Source of the DNA: Candidatus Binatia bacterium
Lineage (GTDB): Bacteria; Desulfobacterota; Binatia; Bin18
Length of the DNA stretch: 64,000 nt
Direction of reading: 5' to 3'
Assembly (NCBI GenBank): GCA_963664395.2
Contig: OY761159.2
Span: 416,001 to 480,000, forward strand
The notes below the pieces were generated by a model. That model saw only the letters and a list, made by a program, of their open reading frames with translations. It was not told where the DNA came from and made no database searches. Below, in pieces: positions 47,050-55,161 of the stretch; position 1 is the first letter of the stretch, and each line of letters begins with the position of its first letter. A program made the translations under genes and the position numbers.

Positions 47050-47514
47050 ATGGACACCTCTGAACACAAGCTCAAACAGTTTATTGCCGCTGGTGGTATT
47101 GAGGCGGAACATTTATCTTTCGAGCAGTCATGTCACTCGGTGGCCGAAGCGGCCGCGGTGGTCGGCACCGACCCGGAGCATTTTGTCAAGAATATCTGCA
47201 TGACGGACGCCCAGGGACAGGTGATTGTCGCCATCGTCAAGGGCGAAGATCGAGCCAGCACCTCGCGGGTTGCCAAGGCACTCCAGACCGAGCAGGTGAG
47301 AACCATGACGCCGGACGAAATGCTCGTCAAAACGGGCTATCCGTGCGGAGGGACACCATCGTTTGGGTTTGCCGCGACGTTTCTTATTGACCCTCGGGTC
47401 ATGCAGAAAGATGAAGTGTATACCGGCGGTGGGTCAGAAACCGCCTTGGTCCGGGTCTCGCCCCAGGTACTCCTGCGGGCCAACGGCGGCAGAGTTGTCA
47501 GGATCAGGAAATAA
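47050..47514 (+). CDS. YbaK/EbsC (aminoacyl-tRNA editing) family protein
   Basis: HSVAEAA, VK, TGY..GG.P.FG and GGG motifs. Confidence 0.88.
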   Translation: MDTSEHKLKQFIAAGGIEAEHLSFEQSCHSVAEAAAVVGTDPEHFVKNICMTDAQGQVIVAIVKGEDRASTSRVAKALQTEQVRTMTPDEMLVKTGYPCGGTPSFGFAATFLIDPRVMQKDEVYTGGGSETALVRVSPQVLLRANGGRVVRIRK

Positions 47515-47590
47515 GACGGCGGCTGGAAAGAAGCGCTCAAGAGCGGTATGTAGAACGGGTCGGAGCAGCAATAATCGCCAAGGAGGGTAT

Positions 47591-48445
47591 ATGAGCAAAG
47601 TCACACTCACGACCGTGGGGCCAGACGTCAGCGCGGAAGCCTACCTGTCCGCGGTCGAGCGGGACGGCGGGGTGATTATCGAAAACCTGCTTGAGCCCGA
47701 CTTGCTGAGACGACTCAACACCGAACTCGACGGCTATATCGCCACCCACCCACCCGGTAGTCGCAGCGACGAAGAACTCTGGCAAGTCTTTCATGGCCAG
47801 AAAACGATCCGTTTTTGCGGTCTGGCCGCCAAATCAAAAGCGTTTATTGAGGTTCTGCTCCACCCCGGGCTCAAGGCGTTTGCGGATCATTATCTTTTGC
47901 CCAATTGCGGCTCGTATTGGCTGAACACCTCCCAGACCATGATCGTTGGTGGGGGCGAACCAGCCCAGATGCTGCACCGCGATGAGGCCAACTGGCCCCA
48001 TTTTCCCTGGCCCGGCCCGGAACTCACGGTCAGTTCCATGTTTGCCCTGAACGACTTCACCCAAGAGAACGGCGCTACACTTGTCGCGCCGGGCAGCCAT
48101 CGCTGGCAGGACCCGGAGCGCGAGGCTCGACCCGAAGAACTGGCCCAGGCAGTCATGCCGGCCGGCTCTGTTCTGCTCTACACGGGAAAAGTCATTCACG
48201 GGGCCGGGGCAAACCGCACGCCGGACGCATGGCGGCACGGGATGCACGTTGGCTTTGTTCTTGGCTGGTTGCGCCCGGAGGAGCACCATTCCTTAGCTGT
48301 TCCTTTTGAAGTCGCCCGCCAACTGCCCGAACAGGCCCAGCACCTCCTGGGCTACCGCTCGTATCATCCTCATCCGTCCGCCTTTGGTGGACGGCTGGGC
48401 CTGGTGGACTTCGAGGACGCGGCCCTGGTGGCAGCGCAGAGCTGA
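47591..48445 (+). CDS. Phytanoyl-CoA dioxygenase (PhyH) family protein
   Basis: Q.LHRD, FT.ENGAT...PGSH.W, HG.GAN and GWLR.EE motifs. Confidence 0.9.
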   Translation: MSKVTLTTVGPDVSAEAYLSAVERDGGVIIENLLEPDLLRRLNTELDGYIATHPPGSRSDEELWQVFHGQKTIRFCGLAAKSKAFIEVLLHPGLKAFADHYLLPNCGSYWLNTSQTMIVGGGEPAQMLHRDEANWPHFPWPGPELTVSSMFALNDFTQENGATLVAPGSHRWQDPEREARPEELAQAVMPAGSVLLYTGKVIHGAGANRTPDAWRHGMHVGFVLGWLRPEEHHSLAVPFEVARQLPEQAQHLLGYRSYHPHPSAFGGRLGLVDFEDAALVAAQS

Positions 48446-48499
48446 CGTTGGGCCGACCTGCTCCAGTCGGCCGGCTGAAACGACGCTTCCCAGGGGTGC

Positions 48500-49708
48500 C
48501 TACTTACGCAGCCCCATTTTGCGCAGGAGGGGCAACACCTCATCATGGCATATATGCAACCCTTTGATCGGATCGAAAAAGGATAGCAGTACCCCGCGTT
48601 GGCCGGCCTGCTCGTGGACCGCGCGGAGCTGCTCTGCCACCGTTTGCGGGCCGCCACACATCTGATACCCGGTCAGACCCAGTGCGACCTCACGGTAGGC
48701 GTCTTCTCCCACCTGCTCCCGCATACGTTTGGTTGTGTCGCGTTGCCGGTCTGGCGCGAAGGAGAGCGGTTGTGCTGTGGCTCGCTCCACAAAGGTATCC
48801 GTCGCGTCTTCGTCAATCTTTTCGACTAAGCGCTTATAGGTGGCTTCCGCCTGTGTGTCGGTTCCCTCAATAACGACATAGGCATGCGTCATGGGGTCAA
48901 CGCGCCGGCCATAATGCGCCGCGCGGTTCTTCACCGTATCCGCGGCCAGTTTCATCTTCTCGATGCCTCCGGAGCAGAACAACCACTCACAGTGCTTGGC
49001 CGCAAACTCGATACCGGCAGGTGAGGACCCGGCATTGACCAGATACGGCCGCGGCTTACGGACGGGTTTTGGACTCACATAGGCCCCATAGGATTTGTAG
49101 AACTCGCCTTCATAGGTGATGGGCTCCTGACTCGACCAGGCCCACTTCATGAGGGTGACAAACTCGTCCGCCATTTCGTAGCGCAGATCGTGGTCGGGAA
49201 AGGTTTGCCCGAACAAGGCCTGCTCATCTTCGATCCAGCCCGTCACCACATTCAGGCCCCAGCGGCCCTGTGAGAGATAGTCGATCGTCGCCCCGAACTT
49301 GGCGAAGTGCAGAGGATGAAATCCGTATGACACGTGGGCCGTGGAAAAGAGCAGAATCCGGCGTGTGAGCGGAGCCAGCGCGGCGGCCGTCGTCAGGAAA
49401 TCGAGCGAGTCTTCGTTAAAGCGCGTTTCCCCGCCGTGCCCGAGCCAGCGGCCAAACGGCACCTGGAATTCAAGCCCCATCCGCTCGGCGAACTGGATCA
49501 GATACTGGGCCGTATCCCAGTGCCAGAAGTTTTGATATCGGTCCGGATCGTCGAGCACGGCTTTGGAGATGGTCGCCCCACCGGTCAGGTTCCAGGCAAA
49601 GAGTCCCAGTAAGAGTGGATGCGGACTATCGACCGTAGGCTGCCCGCCCGGATCAAACGGCCCCCGGGTAATCTGTACCCGTTCTCCATAGTGCCCTACT
49701 CTGCCCAT
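48500..49708 (-). CDS. LLM-class monooxygenase (SfnG/RutA/SsuD-like)
   Basis: RW.G.GG, S.GR.GLN.VTGW, RY..ADEF and NAG.S..G..FAA motifs. Confidence 0.88.
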   Translation of the reverse strand: MGRVGHYGERVQITRGPFDPGGQPTVDSPHPLLLGLFAWNLTGGATISKAVLDDPDRYQNFWHWDTAQYLIQFAERMGLEFQVPFGRWLGHGGETRFNEDSLDFLTTAAALAPLTRRILLFSTAHVSYGFHPLHFAKFGATIDYLSQGRWGLNVVTGWIEDEQALFGQTFPDHDLRYEMADEFVTLMKWAWSSQEPITYEGEFYKSYGAYVSPKPVRKPRPYLVNAGSSPAGIEFAAKHCEWLFCSGGIEKMKLAADTVKNRAAHYGRRVDPMTHAYVVIEGTDTQAEATYKRLVEKIDEDATDTFVERATAQPLSFAPDRQRDTTKRMREQVGEDAYREVALGLTGYQMCGGPQTVAEQLRAVHEQAGQRGVLLSFFDPIKGLHICHDEVLPLLRKMGLRK

Positions 49709-49744
49709 TCGCCAGTCTCCCGTTACGAATTTCCAAACACTCGC

Positions 49745-50671
49745 TTAGGTCTCATGGAAGGTTTCCCGTGGCAGGCCACTCAAGTCCACCAGTGCTTCAG
49801 GTCTCAGTTGCCGAGGAATCGCCCCTAAGGTGCACATCGTCTCCACCGCCACCGCCAAGCCGTCCATATCAATCAGGCCGGTCGTGTTCCAAATCGGCAA
49901 GGTCCGCGTCAACGCCTGCTCGACAGTGGCAGGCTCGTACGCTGGCATATACGCGCAGACCATGGCTTTGGTTTCTTCAGGATAGGCGGTGCAGTATTGG
50001 GCGCCTTTGAGATATCCCCGTAACAACTTCCGCAGCAACCTTGGTTGCTCTGCGATAAAATCCTCGCGCGCCACCAACAGCCCCCATTGAAAATGGGGTT
50101 TCACTCGACTGGCCGGCTCCACCACTCGCAGCGCTCCCTGCCGCTCGCCCAGGGAGACCCACGGCTCTACTATCAGTTGGGCGCACAGTTCCCCGGAAGC
50201 GAGGCCATCAATCTTATTATAGTCTTGCCAGAGCTCCCGGTAGGCAACGTCTCGCTCGGGATCAAGGCCGGCCCGCTTCAGCTCCAGCTTCAGGAGATGC
50301 CCGTCGCAGCTCCCGCGGGATAACACGCCGACGGTCTTCCCCCGCAGTTCGGCCAGCTCCTGGATTTCCGGGCGGACAACAAACAAGAAGTGATCAAGAT
50401 TACCGATCACACTACTGGCAATAATCTTGCCTGGGAACACCCCTTTACCAACAGCCGTCAAAAAAGGCGGACTCCCCATCCTGCCGACCTGAATTTCTCC
50501 GCGCCCCATCGCCTGCGCCAGCGCATCTCCACCAGGGACAACCCGGATGTGGAGATTGATCCCTTCCTCTAAGAAAAATCCCTGCTGAAGCGCCATCACA
50601 AAGGGCCAGTCATGCTGGCCGCCTTGATTGGCATGTCCCCACGTAAAGTCTACGCAGGCCTGCTCTGCCAT
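49745..50671 (-). CDS. SsuA/NMT1/THI5-fold protein without a signal peptide
   Basis: GFF.EEGI, L.GK.VGV..RGS, GLDP..DV and EPW motifs; no hydrophobic N-terminus. Confidence 0.75.
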   Translation of the reverse strand: MAEQACVDFTWGHANQGGQHDWPFVMALQQGFFLEEGINLHIRVVPGGDALAQAMGRGEIQVGRMGSPPFLTAVGKGVFPGKIIASSVIGNLDHFLFVVRPEIQELAELRGKTVGVLSRGSCDGHLLKLELKRAGLDPERDVAYRELWQDYNKIDGLASGELCAQLIVEPWVSLGERQGALRVVEPASRVKPHFQWGLLVAREDFIAEQPRLLRKLLRGYLKGAQYCTAYPEETKAMVCAYMPAYEPATVEQALTRTLPIWNTTGLIDMDGLAVAVETMCTLGAIPRQLRPEALVDLSGLPRETFHET

Positions 50672-50775
50672 TGCTTATCCTCCTTGGCTGAGTATGGACA
50701 AGAGGTATTCGACCACGTTAATCCTGAGTAGCACCTTTCATGTGGATGTGAAATGTCTCGATCCAGGAGGGAACT

Positions 50776-52035
50776 ATGAGTACCACTCCGACGCCTTCGA
50801 TAGCTGCTTCAATTGGACATGGACGAGAAGCGCCACCCATGCCGCGCGTTGAGGCTCCCGCCCACCGCATTCGTAATGATGCCGAGGCCATCGACGTCGC
50901 CCGGCGGCTGGCGGAGCAGTTTGCCGAAGAATCGGCAGTTCGCGACCGGGAGGGCCGTTTGCCGTATCAGGAGATCGATGTGTTTTCGCAGAGTGGTCTG
51001 TGGGGGATCAGTGTGCCGCAAACCTACGGTGGCGCAGGGGTGTCCTGCGCTACCCTGGCGGAAGTCACCGCCATTATTTCCGCTGCCGATTCCAGTCTTG
51101 GTCAGATCCCACAAAATCACTATGCCATGATCGAAGCCATTCGTTTAAGCGAGAGGGAGGATCAGCAGCGATTTTTTTTCGAGTGCGTGTTAGACGGCGA
51201 TCGCTTCGGGAATGCGATTTCGGAAGTCGGAACGAAAACGCTCCTGGACCTGCAAACCCGCGTCACCGCCAAGGGCGATACATTTCTCCTTACCGGTAAG
51301 AAATTTTATTCCACCGGCGCGTTATTCGCCCATTGGGTGCCGGTCTTTGCCTTCGATGACAACGACCGGCTTGTCATTGCAATGGCAAAGCGAGACGCTC
51401 GGGGTCTGACCGTGATCGACGACTGGTTATCATTCGGGCAGCGGACCACGGCGAGCGGCTCCGTCATTCTTGAAGATGTTGAACTGGAGGCATTCGATAT
51501 TGTCCAGCATCACGCAGTGTATGAGCGGCCAACCACGATGGGACCCCTCACGCAAATCCTGCACGCGGCCGTGGACGCCGGCATTGCTCGGGCGGCGATC
51601 GCCGAGACGATCCAATTCGTGCGGACGTATACGCGTCCCTGGATCGATAGTGGCCAAGACCACGGCTATGAAGATCCGTATACGATCTCGATGGTCGGGG
51701 ATCTCAAGATCAAAATACACGCGGTCGACGCGCTACTCGAACGCGCCGGACACCTGACCGACGCGGCTGCGGCGAATCCGACCGATGAGACGGTTGCGGC
51801 AGCATCCATTGCCGTGGCGGAGGCCAAGGCGCTGTCAACGGAAGTTTCCATTCTCACCACCAATAAACTCTTTGAGTTGGCCGGCACCCGTTCAACGCTT
51901 GAGGAGTACAATCTTGATCGGCACTGGCGCAACGCCCGCACCCACACCCTGCACGATCCCGTCCGGTGGAAATACCATGCGATTGGAAATTACTGGCTCA
52001 ATAATATCAAGCCGCCGCGCAGCGGCTGGCTGTAA
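50776..52035 (+). CDS. sfnB: SfnB-family sulfur-acquisition oxidoreductase (DszC-like)
   Basis: GQIPQNH, G.KFYSTGALFAHW, DDW..FGQRTTASG and LDRHWRNARTHTLHDPVRWK motifs. Confidence 0.9.
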   Translation: MSTTPTPSIAASIGHGREAPPMPRVEAPAHRIRNDAEAIDVARRLAEQFAEESAVRDREGRLPYQEIDVFSQSGLWGISVPQTYGGAGVSCATLAEVTAIISAADSSLGQIPQNHYAMIEAIRLSEREDQQRFFFECVLDGDRFGNAISEVGTKTLLDLQTRVTAKGDTFLLTGKKFYSTGALFAHWVPVFAFDDNDRLVIAMAKRDARGLTVIDDWLSFGQRTTASGSVILEDVELEAFDIVQHHAVYERPTTMGPLTQILHAAVDAGIARAAIAETIQFVRTYTRPWIDSGQDHGYEDPYTISMVGDLKIKIHAVDALLERAGHLTDAAAANPTDETVAAASIAVAEAKALSTEVSILTTNKLFELAGTRSTLEEYNLDRHWRNARTHTLHDPVRWKYHAIGNYWLNNIKPPRSGWL

Positions 52036-52186
52036 CCCGAGGCGCCCGGGGGTCGGCTCGCTCCGCTTTTCTCACTTCTTCTCACCTTGGCGATTTTGCT
52101 TTTCTCCGAAATTATGCGATTTTTACAAAACCATAGACCCGGGGTCTCTTTGCAAGTCAGCGCCTCTGCCAGCTGAAGGAGTCAGC

Positions 52187-52684
52187 ATGACGGCCTTACT
52201 CACCGACACAGTCGAGTCGCCCATCGGTTGCCTTGTGCTCGTATTCGACGCAGGTCGGTTATGCGTGCTTGACTACGCAGACAACACTGAGCGGATGACC
52301 CGGTTGTTGCGGCAGCGCTATCACCGGTTCCGGTTATGTGCAGCCGCCAAACCTCTCGGTGTGACACAGCAGCTCAGGGCCTATCTTGGAGGAGAGCTCG
52401 ACGCACTCCATAGCATTCAGGTGGACCCAGGCGGGACGCTGTTTCAGCAAAAAGTCTGGGCGGCGTTGCGCACGATTCCGCCCGGCACCACGCGAACCTA
52501 CCGCGACGTGGCCGAGCAAGTTGGTAGGCCACAGGCCTGGCGCGCCGTCGGCAGGGCGAATGCCCTCAACCCGATCTCCATTGTCCTACCCTGCCATCGT
52601 CTCATTGGTGCCAACGGTGCACTCACCGGCTATGCCGGAGGCCTGGAACGCAAACACTGGCTGCTTCAGCACGAGGGGGCATGA
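52187..52684 (+). CDS. ogt: Methylated-DNA--protein-cysteine methyltransferase
   Basis: GT.FQ..VW..L..IP.G, RAVG.AN..NP, PCHR and GY.GG..RK motifs. Confidence 0.92.
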   Translation: MTALLTDTVESPIGCLVLVFDAGRLCVLDYADNTERMTRLLRQRYHRFRLCAAAKPLGVTQQLRAYLGGELDALHSIQVDPGGTLFQQKVWAALRTIPPGTTRTYRDVAEQVGRPQAWRAVGRANALNPISIVLPCHRLIGANGALTGYAGGLERKHWLLQHEGA

Positions 52685-53604
52685 GTATGAAAATTTTTGT
52701 GACTGGTGCGACTGGCGTCATCGGCCGGCGTGTTGTTCCCCAACTCATTCGGGCCGGGCATCAGGTGACCGGCCTTGCGCGTACCGACCACAAAGCGGGG
52801 CTTCTTCGCCAGTTTGGAGCAATCCCTGTGCAGGTCGATCTGTTCGACACGGCAGCGCTGACGCCTGTTCTCGCCGGACACGAGGTCGTCGCCAATCTGG
52901 CCACCAATGTTCCGCCGCTTGAACGGGCGCTGGAGCCGACAGCCTGGGATATGCATAATCGCCTCCGCAACGAGGCGTCCCGCAGTATGACCCGAGCGGC
53001 GGCTGAGGCAGGCTGTCAGACGTTTATCCAAGAGTCCATTACCTTTCCGTATGCGGATAAAGGGGCGGAATGGATTGAGGAAACCGATGCGGACAACTGC
53101 CCGCCAGAGATGGCCAGCAGCCGCGTAGCAGAGGAACAAGTCGATTGGTTCAGCAAAAACGGCGGGCGAGGCATCGTGCTGCGCTTCGCCCTGTTTTACG
53201 CCTCTGACAGCTCGCATAGCCAGGAATTTCAGGCCGCAATCCGTGCCGGCCAGTCGCCGTTTCTGGGCGACCCGGCCAGCTATATGAGCCATATTCACGC
53301 CGAGGATGCCGCGGCGGCCGTCGTGTCCGTACTCAATGCCCCCGCCGGTATCTATAATGTTGCCGAAGACGAACCGCTGACCCGTCAAGAGTTAGCCTCT
53401 ACCATTGCTGAGCTTGAAGGGGTGGCGTGCCCTGCCCCACCTGAACCCTTGCAGGGAGAGGTGCCTGGTAGTCTTGAAGCCTTAACCCGCTCGCAGCGCA
53501 TTTCCAATAAGCGCCTGAAACAAACCACAGGCTGGACCCCTCGCTATCCCAGTGTGCGAGAGGGCTGGCGTCAGATTCTCAAGATGAAGAGGAGTGACAC
53601 ATGA
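52681..53604 (+). CDS. NAD-dependent epimerase/dehydratase family protein
   Basis: TGATGVIG, IH..DAA.A and GIYNV..DEP motifs. Confidence 0.88.
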   Translation: MSMKIFVTGATGVIGRRVVPQLIRAGHQVTGLARTDHKAGLLRQFGAIPVQVDLFDTAALTPVLAGHEVVANLATNVPPLERALEPTAWDMHNRLRNEASRSMTRAAAEAGCQTFIQESITFPYADKGAEWIEETDADNCPPEMASSRVAEEQVDWFSKNGGRGIVLRFALFYASDSSHSQEFQAAIRAGQSPFLGDPASYMSHIHAEDAAAAVVSVLNAPAGIYNVAEDEPLTRQELASTIAELEGVACPAPPEPLQGEVPGSLEALTRSQRISNKRLKQTTGWTPRYPSVREGWRQILKMKRSDT

Positions 53605-54014
53605 CTGTTGATACACGTCTGCAAGCCGGCCTCTGGTTTCTCGTCGCCAGCGGTGTCATGGTTGGCGCCTGGGCACAATTCCTTCCCCAGGCATTCTACG
53701 ATAGTTTTCCCGGTCTTGGCCGCAGTTGGGTTTCGGTTGATGGTCCGTTTAATGAACATCTGGTCCGAGATGTGGGCGGCCTCTATTTAGCCCTGAGCGC
53801 GGTCACGCTCATTGCGGCTTTTGCCAAAACCCGAGAGACGATTCTTGCAGCCGCGCTCGGCTGGCTCGTCTCTCAAGTCCCTCACTTCGCCTACCATATG
53901 ATGCATTTGCACGTGTACACTTCGACGCTGGATAAGATCGGGAATGTGATTACGCTGGGCCTGCTTGTGCTGGTGCCGGCGTATTTGTTCGTGCGAGTCC
54001 TCCGTAAACCGTAA
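53601..54014 (+). CDS. Four-transmembrane hypothetical membrane protein
   Basis: P..FY..FP...GP.NEH..RD.G and PH..YH motifs; ATGA overlap with the upstream gene. Confidence 0.7.
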   Translation: MTVDTRLQAGLWFLVASGVMVGAWAQFLPQAFYDSFPGLGRSWVSVDGPFNEHLVRDVGGLYLALSAVTLIAAFAKTRETILAAALGWLVSQVPHFAYHMMHLHVYTSTLDKIGNVITLGLLVLVPAYLFVRVLRKP

Positions 54015-54180
54015 TGAGTTATCGACCCGGATTTGATGACGATTTCTCCTTACCCTCCCGACCATATCTATGTGAGTGAAATCGTAATTACCCCCCCCAA
54101 TTTCAGGGGCGCGGCATTGGCTCTCGACTCCTCAACGCGGAGATGCACCGCGGACGTGAAACGCGGTCGCCGCCCCGACT

Positions 54181-54705
54181 TCAAGTCCTCAGCCGGTCCA
54201 TGTCGCCGTTAATAGCCATCGGATAGAGAATGGAGTACGTAGCCCCGGCCTTTTCAAACGCTTCCGCCTGGTCTCGGCACTCTTGCGGAGTGCCGACAAG
54301 AGCGCATTCGGCTGCCATGCGTTCGGACACGGCATCAGCCGCCCCGGCCTGGTCTCCCTTGAGCGCGGCGTCCATGATTTGGGCGGCTTCCTGCTCAAAG
54401 CCATGCCGGGCAAAAATTCGATTATAAAACGGCATCTGACCGTAAAAGGCTAACTGTTGTTGAACCGAGCGGAGCGCGAGGCCACGATCTTCACACACGC
54501 AGCAGTGGACAATAGGCGCAATCTCGACGGCGCGTGGCGAACGACCAGCCTTTTCCGCCCCAGCCGCAACGCCCTCAACAATTTCTTTCAACATCGTCGG
54601 GCCGTATTGGACCGGGATACTCCCGTCGGCGAGTTCGCCGGTCATCTGAATACTCTTGGGCGATACGCCGGCGAGATAGATTGGGATTTTTCGTTCGGCC
54701 TTCGG
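54181..54705 (-). pseudogene. Internal fragment of an LLM (F420-type) oxidoreductase
   Basis: RKIPIYLAGVSPKSIQMTGELADG...LVGTP.EC; N-terminal half absent and C-terminus apparently clipped. Confidence 0.75.
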
Positions 54706-55161
54706 GATGGCCGGGGATCACCTGAGGGCACCGGCCTGACCGTTCCGCTGCCGGATTTCACGGACTGCTCGTTCAGCAGTCGTGAGCCCACAAATGACTG
54801 GACCGCTGTCATTGCCAAGGGCGGCGCATTCATGGGGCTCTCGGATCAGATGCCCTCCTTTGGCGAGGTCCTCGGCCCGGAAGAAATTCGGACCGTCTTA
54901 ACTTATGTCCGAAATTTTTGTCAGGAAGAGGGCTGGCCGCCCGGCGACCTGAATTTCCGCCAAGCCCTCTTTACGTCCAAAGCGTTTCCGGAAGATGAGG
55001 TGGCGCTCAAACAGGAGTTCATCAAAGGCAAGCACGGAACAAAAGAGTGGACAACAACGCTCTCGTATGAGCAACGGCTTGGGGCACGCGGTCAGTGGGA
55101 GCTCAGCCTGCCGTATACCGTCAAGGAAACCCGCGAGAAGACGACCGAGGGTCCGGGCGAC
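54703..55161 (+). pseudogene. Internal fragment of a cytochrome c-domain protein (CxxCH not present)
   Basis: DGRG...PLPDFTDCSF..REP..DW..VI..GG...GLS..MP.FG..L...EI...WP.GDLNF...KAFPEDE. Confidence 0.6.

Noticed and set aside
54172-54188. ccccgacttcaagtc resembling an IS200/IS605-type end
   Set aside because: The hairpin is incomplete and there is no tnpA/tnpB nearby; too short to support.
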